A model generated the notes under the pieces. It had not been told where the DNA came from. It did not search any database and worked only from the letters and a program-made list of their open reading frames with translations. This document shows positions 17,614 through 26,997 of a stretch of DNA of 52,644 nt, piece after piece. Numbering within the stretch: the first letter of the stretch is position 1; the number at the start of each line of letters is the position of its first letter. This DNA comes from Candidatus Avispirillum sp. (GTDB taxonomy: Bacteria; Bacillota; Clostridia; Oscillospirales; CAG-272): the NCBI GenBank assembly GCA_045597805.1, contig JAZLKW010000024.1, positions 1 to 52,644 of the forward strand. Reading direction: 5' to 3'. A program made the position numbers and the translations under genes.

Positions 17614-18306
17614 TCAGCCAAGCTTTGCAGCGTTGACCTTGATGCCGGGGCCCATAGTGGAGGCGATTACGCAGCTCTTGATGTACTGACCCTTTGCTGC
17701 AGCAGGCTTCGCCTTGATGATAGCGCCCATGATAGTATTGAAGTTATCCATAAGCTTCTCGTTGCCGAAGGAAGCCTTGCCTATGGGGCAATGGATGATA
17801 TTGGTCTTGTCGAGACGGTACTCGATCTTACCGGCCTTAGCCTCCTGGACTGCCTTAGCAACGTCCATGGTAACGGTACCTGCCTTGGGGTTAGGCATAA
17901 GTCCCTTAGGACCGAGGACCTTACCGAGACGACCGATGGTACCCATCATATCGGGAGTAGCGATAACTACGTCGAACTCAAACCAGTTTTCTTTCTGGAT
18001 CTTCTCTACGAGATCAGCCTCGCCGACATAGTCAGCGCCTGCCGCTTCAGCTTCCTTTGCGCGGTCGCCCTTTGCGAACACCAGGGTGCGGACGGTCTTA
18101 CCGGTTCCGTGAGGAAGCACGATAGCGCCTCTTACCTGCTGGTCTGCGTGACGGGAGTCAACGCCCAGACGAACGTGAAGCTCGATGGTCTCGTCAAATT
18201 TTGCCTTGGAAGTGTCGCAGACAAGCTTTACAGCCTCTGCGGGATCGTATGCTACGGTCTTCTCGAAAAGCTTTGCGCTTTCCTTATACTTTTTACCCTT
18301 AAACAT
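17614..18306 (-). CDS. rplA: 50S ribosomal protein L1
   Basis: [25 protein letters not shown] and STMGPG motifs. Confidence 0.99.
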   Translation of the reverse strand: MFKGKKYKESAKLFEKTVAYDPAEAVKLVCDTSKAKFDETIELHVRLGVDSRHADQQVRGAIVLPHGTGKTVRTLVFAKGDRAKEAEAAGADYVGEADLVEKIQKENWFEFDVVIATPDMMGTIGRLGKVLGPKGLMPNPKAGTVTMDVAKAVQEAKAGKIEYRLDKTNIIHCPIGKASFGNEKLMDNFNTIMGAIIKAKPAAAKGQYIKSCVIASTMGPGIKVNAAKLG

Positions 18307-18320
18307 CTGTGTCGCCCTCC

Positions 18321-18746
18321 TTATTCCTCAACGGTTACGCCCATAGAACGTGCGGTACCTGCGATCATGCTCATGGCGGTCTCGATAGAAGCCGCGTTCA
18401 GGTCAGGCATCTTGGTCTCGGCGATCTGGCGAACCTGCTCCTTGGTGATGGAAGCCACTTTGGTCTTGTTGGGAGTACCGGAAGCGGTCTCTATACCTGC
18501 TGCCTTCTTTATCAGAACGGCTGCGGGAGGAGTCTTGGTGATGAAGGTGAAGGAACGGTCAGCATACACCGTGATAACTACGGGGATGATGAGACCGATA
18601 TCATTCTTAGTTCTTTCGTTGAACTCTTTGGTGAAGTTAGGGATGGCTACGCCGTATGCACCGAGGGCGGGACCTACGGGGGGCTGAGGAGTAGCCTTAC
18701 CAGCGGGAAGCTGGAGCTTTATATAGCCTATAATTTTCTTTGCCAT
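18321..18746 (-). CDS. rplK: 50S ribosomal protein L11
   Basis: [16 protein letters not shown] and GTARSMG motifs. Confidence 0.99.
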   Translation of the reverse strand: MAKKIIGYIKLQLPAGKATPQPPVGPALGAYGVAIPNFTKEFNERTKNDIGLIIPVVITVYADRSFTFITKTPPAAVLIKKAAGIETASGTPNKTKVASITKEQVRQIAETKMPDLNAASIETAMSMIAGTARSMGVTVEE

Positions 18747-18764
18747 AGTGTTAAATACCTCCGT

Positions 18765-18812
18765 ATGTGGTTATAAGACGGGAGAATTGAAGATTTTTCT
18801 CCCTCCCACATT
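18765..18812 (-). promoter_or_regulatory. Probable L1-binding autoregulatory leader of rplK-rplA
   Basis: ATGTGGGAGGGAGAA...TTCTCCC...ACCACAT stem with internal loop, ending just before the rplK RBS. Confidence 0.6.
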
Positions 18813-18856
18813 AAATGTGCCGTATGGCACGTGCTCCGGGGATTTTCTCCGTGAGC

Positions 18857-19402
18857 TTATTTTGCCGCGTGTCTGATCTCCTTGATATTCGCCTTGATGG
18901 GCATATCACGTCCGACGGTGGAGACGATGACCGTGACCTCGCCGGAATCGGAGATTTCAGCAAGTCTGCCGCTGTATCCTGAGAAGATACCCTCTGCGAT
19001 GTTGACCTCGTCACCGATTTCAAATGCATCTGCGGCAGCCTTATGTGCAGATTCGCCGAGCAGGGACTCAACTTCCTCATCGGTGAGCGGCACCGGCTTT
19101 GATCCGGGGCCCACGAAGCCCGTAACGCCCGTGATGTTTCTGACGATGTGCCAGCTTTCGTCGCACATTATCATCTTTATCAAAACGTACGCGGGAAGAA
19201 GCTTGGATTCACGGCTCTTCATCTCCTCGCCATCGCCCTCGGTGATTATCTCCATGGGGATGCGGACGTCTTCGATGAGATCCTGAACGCCTCTGTTTTC
19301 GACGATCTTTTCAAGGCTGGTTTTTACCTTGTTTTCGTAACCGGAATATGTGTGCGCTACGTACCAGCGCATTCCGGCATTCATCTCGTTAATATCGCTC
19401 AT
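18857..19402 (-). CDS. nusG: Transcription factor NusG
   Basis: WYVAHTYSGYENKVK and VRNITGVTGFVG motifs; conserved secE-nusG-rplK synteny. Confidence 0.96.
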   Translation of the reverse strand: MSDINEMNAGMRWYVAHTYSGYENKVKTSLEKIVENRGVQDLIEDVRIPMEIITEGDGEEMKSRESKLLPAYVLIKMIMCDESWHIVRNITGVTGFVGPGSKPVPLTDEEVESLLGESAHKAAADAFEIGDEVNIAEGIFSGYSGRLAEISDSGEVTVIVSTVGRDMPIKANIKEIRHAAK

Positions 19403-19415
19403 CGAGTGTGCTCCG

Positions 19416-19682
19416 TCAGATCAGTCTTCCGAGGATGTAAATGAATCTCGAGAAGATCAGGTCTACAAGACCGGTCAGCGCTGCGAATACGATCATAACG
19501 ATGATGACCATGATAGTGTTCGTACGAACAGCCTCAGGGCTGGTCCATACGATCTTTTTGAGCTCTGCTTTAACGCTCTTGAGCCATGCTCCGAAACGCT
19601 TGAAAACGGAAGGCTTGGAGTTCTTTGCCTTGGCCGGTTTCTCAGCCTTTTCGGCAGTAGTGGTTACTTTTTCTTCAGCCAT
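19416..19682 (-). CDS. secE: Preprotein translocase subunit SecE
   Basis: KAELKKIVW followed by one TM helix; synteny. Confidence 0.92.
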   Translation of the reverse strand: MAEEKVTTTAEKAEKPAKAKNSKPSVFKRFGAWLKSVKAELKKIVWTSPEAVRTNTIMVIIVMIVFAALTGLVDLIFSRFIYILGRLI

Positions 19683-19694
19683 TGCTTTACTCCT

Positions 19695-19844
19695 TTACTT
19701 CGTTTCTTTGTGCAGAGTGTGCTTGCGGCAGAAACGGCAGTATTTGTTCATTTCAATTCTGTCGGGATCGTTCTTCTTGTTTTTCTTAGAATCGTAATTC
19801 CGCTGCTTGCATTCGCTGCATGCGAGAGTGACTTTAACTCTCAT
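19695..19844 (-). CDS. rpmG: 50S ribosomal protein L33 (Cys-containing form)
   Basis: [17 protein letters not shown]...[16 protein letters not shown]; start at 19844 after GGAGG. Confidence 0.97.
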   Translation of the reverse strand: MRVKVTLACSECKQRNYDSKKNKKNDPDRIEMNKYCRFCRKHTLHKETK

Positions 19845-19954
19845 TTTCGGCACCTCCTGTATATTCGGACATTGTCCGTTGAATTTGACGGGAACCCCGC
19901 CATTGTACCTCCCTCCGGGGCACAAAAAAATAGCCCTCAATCAGAGGTAGAGTT

Positions 19955-19983
19955 ATTATAGCAAATGGCCGCCGGTTTGTCAA
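19955..19983 (-). promoter_or_regulatory. Sigma-A promoter of the rpmG-secE-nusG operon
   Basis: TTGACA-17bp-TATAAT with extended TG. Confidence 0.8.
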
Positions 19984-20041
19984 TACCTTTTTCTGATTTT
20001 TTTCTTCATATATTATAGCGGCATAAATCGCAAGTGTCAGC

Positions 20042-20076
20042 CTCTTGAAACTTAACTCTTAAAACTTAAAACTAAA
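20042..20076. repeat. Heptamer tandem repeat, reverse complement of the (TTTTAAG)n family
   Basis: CT CTTGAAA CTTAACT CTTAAAA CTTAAAA CTAAA. Confidence 0.65.
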
Positions 20077-20152
20077 TGCCTCAATCCCTTGACTTTCCAT
20101 TTCCCACCGTGATATACTTTCCATAGAAAAATCCCACAGGGAGGGTGAAACA

Positions 20153-21367
20153 ATGAGCAAAATGAAAGCCGTCATCATAGGTTTCGGCGGACGTGGCCAG
20201 AATTACTCCGACTACATATTCGGACACGGAAACGAATACGAGATCGCGGCGGTGGCGGAGCCCCGCGATTATCTTCTTAAAAAGGCTCGGGAAAAGTACA
20301 ACTGTCCCGAGGAGGGGCTTTTCACCGACTGGCGCGAGCTTCTCGCACGCGGCGTTTTGGGAGACGTGCTCTTCGTCTGCACCAATGACAACGATCACGT
20401 TGAGCCTGCCATCGCGGCCATAAAGACGGGTTATAAATTCCTTATGGTGGAGAAGCCCATCGACAAGGATATAGAAAAATGCAACGAGCTGGTACGGGTC
20501 GCCAACGAATACGGTGCGACCGTGCAGGTCTGCCATTCCCTCAGATACACGAGATTTTTCCGCACCCTCAAGGACAAGCTTGACGAGGGCGCCGTAGGCG
20601 ATATCCTCTGCATAAATCACATCGAGGGCGTGGGCGTGTTCCACATGTCCCACAGCTACGTCCGCGGCGACTGGGGCCGCGACGACTCCAGTCCCATGCT
20701 TCTCGCCAAATGCTGTCACGACACCGACCTGCTCTTATGGATGATCGGAAAGCATTGCCGCGCGGTATCCTCCTTCGGCTCGCTGACCCACTTCACTCCC
20801 GAGAACGCACCCGAGGGTGCGCCTGACCGCTGCATCGACGGATGTCCCCACGGGGACACCTGCCCCTTCAACGCCATGACCTATTTTGAGGATAAGGGCT
20901 GGCAGTTTTTAGCCGTTGAGAAAGAGGGCTTTACCGACGTGGAGGAAGCTATGCGGAAAGGCAGATACGGCCGCTGCGCGTACAAATGCGACAACAACGT
21001 AGTGGACCACCAGACCGTCAACATGGAGTTTGAGGGCGGCGCCACGGCGACACTGACCATGTGCGGACTTTCCGACTGCGGACGTCAGACCCACATCATG
21101 GGAACGCGCGGCGAGATATACGCCGATTTCTACAAAAACAGCATCGTCATCCACGATTTCACCAACGGCAACAAGACCGAGATATACGTTTCCCACGAAT
21201 CCTCCGGGCACGGCGGTGCGGACACCCTGCTGGTCGCCGATTTTCTCCGGGTGGCTCGGGGCGAAAAGGAGCCCGACACGCCTGTGGAAATGTCCGTCGA
21301 GAGCCATATCGTCGCCATGGCCGCGGAGGAGTCAAGAATCACGGGAAAGAATATCGTACTGAGATAA
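20153..21367 (+). CDS. Gfo/Idh/MocA-family oxidoreductase
   Basis: IIGFGGRG, EKP, HSYVRG, LLAKCCHD and HGGAD motifs. Confidence 0.92.
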   Translation: MSKMKAVIIGFGGRGQNYSDYIFGHGNEYEIAAVAEPRDYLLKKAREKYNCPEEGLFTDWRELLARGVLGDVLFVCTNDNDHVEPAIAAIKTGYKFLMVEKPIDKDIEKCNELVRVANEYGATVQVCHSLRYTRFFRTLKDKLDEGAVGDILCINHIEGVGVFHMSHSYVRGDWGRDDSSPMLLAKCCHDTDLLLWMIGKHCRAVSSFGSLTHFTPENAPEGAPDRCIDGCPHGDTCPFNAMTYFEDKGWQFLAVEKEGFTDVEEAMRKGRYGRCAYKCDNNVVDHQTVNMEFEGGATATLTMCGLSDCGRQTHIMGTRGEIYADFYKNSIVIHDFTNGNKTEIYVSHESSGHGGADTLLVADFLRVARGEKEPDTPVEMSVESHIVAMAAEESRITGKNIVLR

Positions 21368-21371
21368 GCGG

Positions 21372-21399
21372 CTGGTCACCGGTCACCGGTCACTGGCAA
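21372..21399. repeat. Heptamer tandem repeat (CYGGTCA)n
   Basis: CTGGTCA CCGGTCA CCGGTCA CTGGCAA; reverse-complement relative of the array at 31702-31750. Confidence 0.6.
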
Positions 21400-21401
21400 A
21401 T

Positions 21402-21431
21402 GAAAAAGCCATCCTTTCGGATGGCTTTTTC
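21402..21431. terminator. Bidirectional intrinsic terminator
   Basis: GAAAAAGCCATCC-TTTC-GGATGGCTTTTTC between convergent genes. Confidence 0.85.
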
Positions 21432-21437
21432 TATTCA

Positions 21438-22916
21438 TTAAAACTTCTGATATATGAACGCGGTATAGCCGGATCTGAAAACGTAGCCGAGGGATACTAT
21501 GAACACGGCAAGCAGCGCGGCCGCCTCCGCGACCCGCAGAAAGGCCTGCGTCTTTTTCATTTCCGGACGGACGAATCTCTCTTTCAGCTTCGTGTATATG
21601 GGGAAGGATGCCAGAACTCCGATCGCGAGGAACATCCAGTATTCCTTTATGAACATCGCTGTCATGCCATCCGAGAAGACGTTTCCGTACGCCCCGAACA
21701 TGGCACCGAAAAACGACACCGCGGTCTTCATATCGGGAGTACACACTATGGCCTTGGTTAAAAGCACCACCGCCATGGAATACAGCCATCCGAGGAAGGA
21801 ATCCAACTTCGCGTTTTTCAGCGGCTTCTTATAGAGCTCCCATATGACGAACACGCCGTTGATGAGGCCCCATACCATGTAATTCCACTTGGCGCCGTGC
21901 CATATACCCGTAGTGAACCATATAGTTCCCACCACGAACACGTTCTGTATGAATTTAGCGGTTTCCTTATTTACCTTTTTCTTCGCGAAGAACTTTCTCA
22001 TCCTGATCGCCGGGCCCAGGGTCAGCGGATAGAACATATAGTCGCGGAACCACCCTCCGAGAGTTATGTGCCATCTCTGCCAGTACTCCGTGACGGAGGT
22101 GGCGATGTAAGGATAGTTGAAGTTCTCGGGTATCTCGAAGCCGAACATCATACCGAGGCCTATGGCCATATCGGAGTATCCGGCGAAGTCGAAGAACACC
22201 TGTATCATATACGCGAAGCACCCCAGCCATGCGGACGCTACGGGAAGCGTCGCGGGATCAGCGGCAAAGACACGCGTGGTTATGAACGACACATTGGAGG
22301 CGATTATCACCTTTTTTGCAAGACCGAGGACGAATTTCCAGATACCGCGGGAGAACAGATCCCACGTGGATTTTCTCGAAGCGATCTCAGTCTCCAGCTG
22401 ATTATACTGGGTAATGGGTCCCTGCGTGACCTTGAAGAACAGGCTGAGGAACAGCACCGCCGACAGGAAATTGCGGGGGGCCTTTACCTTGCCGCGGTAG
22501 ATATCCACCACGTATGATATGGCCTGGAAGCAGAAGAAGGAAAGTCCCAGAGGAAGAGTGAATCCAAGGGTGGGCAGCTCCTGCCCTATGAGGATGCCTA
22601 TATTGGAGAGCGTGAAATCGAGATACTTATAGACGAACAGAACGCCCACGTTTATCATAACGGTGATAAACACTATAAGCTTTCCCTTTTTCGTGCCCTT
22701 TTTCCCGTCCACCAGCACGCCGAGGATATAGGCTGCCAGCATAAGCGCGCACAGAAGGAGCACTCTGACCGGCTCTCCCCAGGCATAGAAGAAAAGACTG
22801 ATAAGGATCAGAAAAACGTTGCGTGCGGTAAGGCTTTTCTTCGCCGGTATCAGATAATATATCCCTACGCCGAGAGGCAAAAACAGGAACAGGAACGGGA
22901 CCGATACGATACTCAT
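21438..22916 (-). CDS. MBOAT-family O-acyltransferase (AlgI/DltB-like)
   Basis: LPLGLSFF, DFAGYSDMAIG, ENFNYPY, WQRWHITL and GIWHGA motifs. Confidence 0.95.
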   Translation of the reverse strand: MSIVSVPFLFLFLPLGVGIYYLIPAKKSLTARNVFLILISLFFYAWGEPVRVLLLCALMLAAYILGVLVDGKKGTKKGKLIVFITVMINVGVLFVYKYLDFTLSNIGILIGQELPTLGFTLPLGLSFFCFQAISYVVDIYRGKVKAPRNFLSAVLFLSLFFKVTQGPITQYNQLETEIASRKSTWDLFSRGIWKFVLGLAKKVIIASNVSFITTRVFAADPATLPVASAWLGCFAYMIQVFFDFAGYSDMAIGLGMMFGFEIPENFNYPYIATSVTEYWQRWHITLGGWFRDYMFYPLTLGPAIRMRKFFAKKKVNKETAKFIQNVFVVGTIWFTTGIWHGAKWNYMVWGLINGVFVIWELYKKPLKNAKLDSFLGWLYSMAVVLLTKAIVCTPDMKTAVSFFGAMFGAYGNVFSDGMTAMFIKEYWMFLAIGVLASFPIYTKLKERFVRPEMKKTQAFLRVAEAAALLAVFIVSLGYVFRSGYTAFIYQKF

Positions 22917-22940
22917 ACTCTTTTTCCTTTACGGACTGTT

Positions 22941-23162
22941 TTACTGGAGGCTCTTTACAAGCGCCTCTATCGCTGCCACGGAATTGAAGTTCTCGTTAAC
23001 TAAAGCGTCGAAGGGGATCTCCACGTCAAACACCAGGTCAAGTTCGGTGACCAGGTTCACGACCACTATGGAATCTATGTAGCCGTCATCGGCGAGGGTC
23101 ACGGAATCGAGATCTACTCCCACGAGCAGCTCTCCCAGAATTTCTTTGATCTTTTCCTGCAT
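22941..23162 (-). CDS. Acyl/aminoacyl carrier protein (DltC-like)
   Basis: 73 aa acidic protein starting at 23162 after AAGGAG; GYIDSI phosphopantetheine Ser; ENFNSV motif. Confidence 0.85.
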   Translation of the reverse strand: MQEKIKEILGELLVGVDLDSVTLADDGYIDSIVVVNLVTELDLVFDVEIPFDALVNENFNSVAAIEALVKSLQ

Positions 23163-23182
23163 TTTTATATCTCCTTTTTCAG

Positions 23183-24454
23183 TTATTTCAATGTCCAGGG
23201 GGTGTCCTCGGAGCCCGGGAACGATGCCAATATCACCACCGCGTCGGGCTTCGTTTCTTTTATGAACGTGCGTATGCTTCCGTTGAAGTTTCTGGGGTCT
23301 ATGATGTCCATATATTTCACCGAGCAGGCAAAATAGGGGTTCACCACGTCGGCGTTGGACTGCTTCAGCACCAGCACGCGGGTGTCGTTTTCGCACTTTT
23401 TGTTCTCTATACGGATAAGCTTTCTGTCACCGTATAGGAACGCCTCGTACGACGATTTTGTGGAATACCCGGCTTTGATGATGTTCTCGTTTATGAGCGT
23501 TTCACCGAAATCGCCGGTCATATCTATCTTGTTCTGCTTAATCTCTATGTGGAACTCAGTATCGAAGCGGGGATAAAGGATCTCCAGATCCTCCGGCTCC
23601 ACGTAACCCATGGTGACCTTACGTCCCAGGCTTCCGAGGAAGGACTTCGGAAAGACCTTCGGGGTATAGTTTTCCTCGCCGAAAACTGACATATCGCAGG
23701 ATATGCCGAACCGTTCCGAAAGAGCCTTCGCCTCAGCCTCTGCGACAGCGACGGCGGCGTGAACGTTCCAATGGTGGTCGGTCTCATAGAACCAGTTGTC
23801 GAACTCCGGGTCTATGCCGAGAAGGCTCTCCTTCGCGTCAAGATACTCTATCCCGTTATCGGAAAGATACTGCAGAAACTCTTCTGCAGTCTTGTCATAG
23901 CCCGTCCCGAAGCCCGCTGGATAGTCTTTTTGAGAGTCGTCGTTCTTGCACGCGGGCAGAAGATACATAAACGCGGTATCATTCCCGCGGAGCCACTCAG
24001 CGAAGTCTGAGACATACTCCCACGCGGAATCCGCCTTTTCGTATTCCGTCAGATATACGAGCTCGCCATCCTTCAGCCTGTATACGTTCTTCTCGCTGTT
24101 CTCAATGAGATCGCGTCCGAGAACACGGTGTACCGCGCCGAAAACGCCGTAGTACAGAGGGGAGAGCTTATTTTCGTTCGTGGAGTATTCGTTGATTTTA
24201 TCCTTCAGGTTCTGCGCTTTGCTTTCGACCTTTTCCGTTATCGTCATACGGGCGGTCTTGTCGGCGCTTGCGTCCTCAAAGGGGTACTCCTTGTCGTAAC
24301 GCACGTCCACCACGGGCAGGTAATCCTCCAGCTCGACTACGCCGAAGTAACGTCCCACATTGGGAGCGACGGAAAAAACGGCAAAAAAGCAGGTCACCGC
24401 CGCAACGGCGAGCACCGCTATCGCAAATATGGTTTTTGAAACGTCTGTTTTCAT
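23183..24454 (-). CDS. DHHW-family (AlgJ/AlgX-like) extracytoplasmic acyltransferase
   Basis: N-terminal TM, FYETDHHWN, FLGSLG and IIDPR motifs; adjacent to ACP and MBOAT. Confidence 0.85.
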   Translation of the reverse strand: MKTDVSKTIFAIAVLAVAAVTCFFAVFSVAPNVGRYFGVVELEDYLPVVDVRYDKEYPFEDASADKTARMTITEKVESKAQNLKDKINEYSTNENKLSPLYYGVFGAVHRVLGRDLIENSEKNVYRLKDGELVYLTEYEKADSAWEYVSDFAEWLRGNDTAFMYLLPACKNDDSQKDYPAGFGTGYDKTAEEFLQYLSDNGIEYLDAKESLLGIDPEFDNWFYETDHHWNVHAAVAVAEAEAKALSERFGISCDMSVFGEENYTPKVFPKSFLGSLGRKVTMGYVEPEDLEILYPRFDTEFHIEIKQNKIDMTGDFGETLINENIIKAGYSTKSSYEAFLYGDRKLIRIENKKCENDTRVLVLKQSNADVVNPYFACSVKYMDIIDPRNFNGSIRTFIKETKPDAVVILASFPGSEDTPWTLK

Positions 24455-24511
24455 GCCGTTCCCCCGAAATAATCACGGACAAACAGGTCCGCGGTCAAAC
24501 ATATCCGTATT

Positions 24512-24540
24512 ATTATAGCATATGCTGTTGCATTTTTCAA
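24512..24540 (-). promoter_or_regulatory. Sigma-A promoter of the DHHW-ACP-MBOAT operon
   Basis: TTGAAA-17bp-TATAAT with extended TG. Confidence 0.65.
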
Positions 24541-24571
24541 GAAAAATCGCATATTCTGTCCCGACGGTGTA

Positions 24572-25642
24572 CTAAACCGCGAAAAGAACTATATCCCACG
24601 CGGGAATGCAGGGGGCACGGCGGAGATACAGCGATTTGTCCGGGCACAGCTCCCTGATATAAAGCGGCAGGGCAAAAAGGTCCGCCGTTCTGTGATATAC
24701 GGAGACTGCGAGAGCGGGGGAATCGCGGTGCACGGTCTCAAGGCTTCCGTGCAGAGCCTCCCACTCGTCGCCCTCCACGTCGTATTTTATAAAATCCACA
24801 GTCTCGCCCTCACTGAGGGTATCCACCCGGCGCACGGGAACTGTCACGGTCTTCGCGCCGCGGGTAATGCCGGAGGCACCGCTTCCCCGCCCCGCGGATG
24901 CAGATATTACGGTCTCGCCGTCCGTTTTCCCCACGGCGGCGTTCACGGGGATGATCTCACACCGCTTTTCGTTTTCGGCATATGCCGAAAGTCTTTTGAA
25001 GGTGCCCGGATCGGGCTCCGCCGCGATGATACGCCGAGGGGCTATGGCGTCAATGATGGCGGCGGCCGAGTCTCCTCTGTACGCGCCGCAGTCAACGGAG
25101 CATTTTATGTTCTTTCCGGACAACAGCTTTCTGTATGAATCCACCGGATTTTCGACAGCTGTCAAATATTCAGGTATGCCGGTATATCGGAACGCGATCA
25201 TATCACGGTATAGCTTTTTCGAGTATTCGTCGGCGAAGACCTGTTCCGCCGCGGCGATCTCATCAAAGTGGTCCCCGTAATAGTCCGCGTCAAAAAGGTC
25301 CTCCCCATACAGCGGCACCTCCGGGATATAGAGAGTATGCTTCTCACCTACTGCCCGTATATCCTGCGCCACGTTTTCAAGAGTCGTCCCGAAGCACAGG
25401 AGAGTGACTATATCGTCCCCGTACTCCGCCTCGATATCCGCAAGACTGCGGACCCTCATATCCCGGAAAGTCCTGTCGCGTACGAATCCCGAGGACGCGA
25501 AAACACCGGATACCGGGATCCCCCGTTTTATGCAAACGTCTAAGATCTTATCGGCGCCGTTGCCCGTGCCGTACAGAAATATGGGCCTCTCTTCTCTTTT
25601 CAGCTTTTCCCAGAGGCTGTCCTCTCTTTTCATTTTTTCCAT
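24572..25642 (-). CDS. FkbM-family SAM-dependent methyltransferase
   Basis: VDCGAYRGD, AAEPD, FIKYDVEG and AVSVYH motifs. Confidence 0.9.
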   Translation of the reverse strand: MEKMKREDSLWEKLKREERPIFLYGTGNGADKILDVCIKRGIPVSGVFASSGFVRDRTFRDMRVRSLADIEAEYGDDIVTLLCFGTTLENVAQDIRAVGEKHTLYIPEVPLYGEDLFDADYYGDHFDEIAAAEQVFADEYSKKLYRDMIAFRYTGIPEYLTAVENPVDSYRKLLSGKNIKCSVDCGAYRGDSAAAIIDAIAPRRIIAAEPDPGTFKRLSAYAENEKRCEIIPVNAAVGKTDGETVISASAGRGSGASGITRGAKTVTVPVRRVDTLSEGETVDFIKYDVEGDEWEALHGSLETVHRDSPALAVSVYHRTADLFALPLYIRELCPDKSLYLRRAPCIPAWDIVLFAV

Positions 25643-25643
25643 A

Positions 25644-26456
25644 TCAAAGCCTCAGGAACTCAGCGGCGTTGCCGTAAAGAATCCGTTCCCTTTCCTTTTC
25701 GGTGAGGTCTATTGCAAAAAAGCGTTTCAGCTCGTCCGCAACATCCAGACACGGGTAGTCAGTGCCGAACATGATGTTCTCCGCCCCCAGCGTTCCGATG
25801 ATCTCCTTTGCCCGCCCGGGGTTCATATATACGAAGGAACTTGACGAATCAAACATCAGCCCCTCTCTCCCTGCCAAAGTGCGCACCGCCTCATCCCACA
25901 TCATGTACCCGCCGAAATGGGCGGCGATGACCCGCAGGCGCGGGAAGTCGTTCATCACGCGCAGAAGTCTGTCCGGACCGGAACAGCATCTTCTCGGAAG
26001 CTTGTCCCCCATGTGGAAGGTGACGGGAAGATCCCTTGCGCAAAGCATTTCATACAGCGGGTAGAGAGCTCTGTCGTCAAGGTTGATTTCCTGCATATCC
26101 GGATGAAGCTTTACGCCCGAGAGCCCCAGTTCCGCCATGCGGTCAAGCTCTTTTTCCTTTTCGGTGTCGGTCATATTCTGGTGCATACCGCCGAATGCCG
26201 CCGCCTCAAAGCCCCGTTCTCTCGCCGCACGGACACTTTCGGCGGCATAATCGTTGATTTTCGACAAGTTGGCGGGTTTTGTCGCCACGGTAAGGAGAAG
26301 AAAACCTTTTACACCGGAATTCTCGCTTCTCTCTTCAAGGTCCCCGAGAAGCCCTGTACATTCCAGCTTACATTCATAAAAGCTCTGAAAATTCTCGGCC
26401 GCCTTGGCGGCAACCTTTTCGGGGTATATATGTGTGTGTATGTCAAATATTTTCAT
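25644..26456 (-). CDS. Amidohydrolase-family protein
   Basis: DIHTH, GVKLHP, FHMG, AAHFGG and MFGTDYP motifs. Confidence 0.92.
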   Translation of the reverse strand: MKIFDIHTHIYPEKVAAKAAENFQSFYECKLECTGLLGDLEERSENSGVKGFLLLTVATKPANLSKINDYAAESVRAARERGFEAAAFGGMHQNMTDTEKEKELDRMAELGLSGVKLHPDMQEINLDDRALYPLYEMLCARDLPVTFHMGDKLPRRCCSGPDRLLRVMNDFPRLRVIAAHFGGYMMWDEAVRTLAGREGLMFDSSSSFVYMNPGRAKEIIGTLGAENIMFGTDYPCLDVADELKRFFAIDLTEKERERILYGNAAEFLRL

Positions 26457-26516
26457 AATCTTGATTTTTCCGTTATCCGGTGATATACTTATAATATCAA
26501 AGTAAAGGAGACCTAT

Positions 26517-26855
26517 ATGGACTGCATTTTCTGTTCAATAATCAAAGGGGATATCCCCTCCGCAAAGGTATACGAGGACGAATACGTATACGCCTTCAAG
26601 GACATTCATCCCATGGCGCCCGTCCATATCCTGGTGGTGCCTAAGGAGCACATCGCGTCTGCTGACGACATCTCTGCCGACAATTCCGCAGTAGTTGCGA
26701 AGATTTTCGAGGTCATCCCGAAGATCGCCGCCGAAGCAGGACTTAAAAACGGCTACCGCGTCATCTCCAACTGCGGGCCTGACGCCGATCAGTCCGTCCT
26801 CCACCTGCATTTCCACATTCTCGGAGGAAAGAAGCTTCCCGCGAAGCTGGGTTGA
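26517..26855 (+). CDS. Histidine triad (HIT) nucleotide-binding protein
   Basis: CIFC start and HLHFHILGG. Confidence 0.95.
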   Translation: MDCIFCSIIKGDIPSAKVYEDEYVYAFKDIHPMAPVHILVVPKEHIASADDISADNSAVVAKIFEVIPKIAAEAGLKNGYRVISNCGPDADQSVLHLHFHILGGKKLPAKLG

Positions 26856-26874
26856 CCGGAGCTTTCAGTTAAGT

Positions 26875-26911
26875 AAAGCCCGCCGAAAGGTGATCTTTCG
26901 GCGGGCTTTTT
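26875..26911 (+). terminator. Intrinsic terminator
   Basis: AAAGCCCGCCGAAAG...CTTTCGGCGGGCTTTTT. Confidence 0.8.
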
Positions 26912-26997
26912 CTCGCCATAGGGTTTTCGGTTTTCGCTCTAAGCCATTATGCCGTTCATCCTCTGCTGACAGCCGTACGGTTTGATCCACCGGCCAC

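Noticed and set aside
17508-17614. rplJ-rplL absent after rplA
   Set aside because: Separation of these gene pairs occurs in other bacteria and nothing here suggests loss.
23163-23396. 151 aa version of the carrier protein ORF
   Set aside because: The extension overlaps the DHHW gene; the RBS supports a start at 23162.
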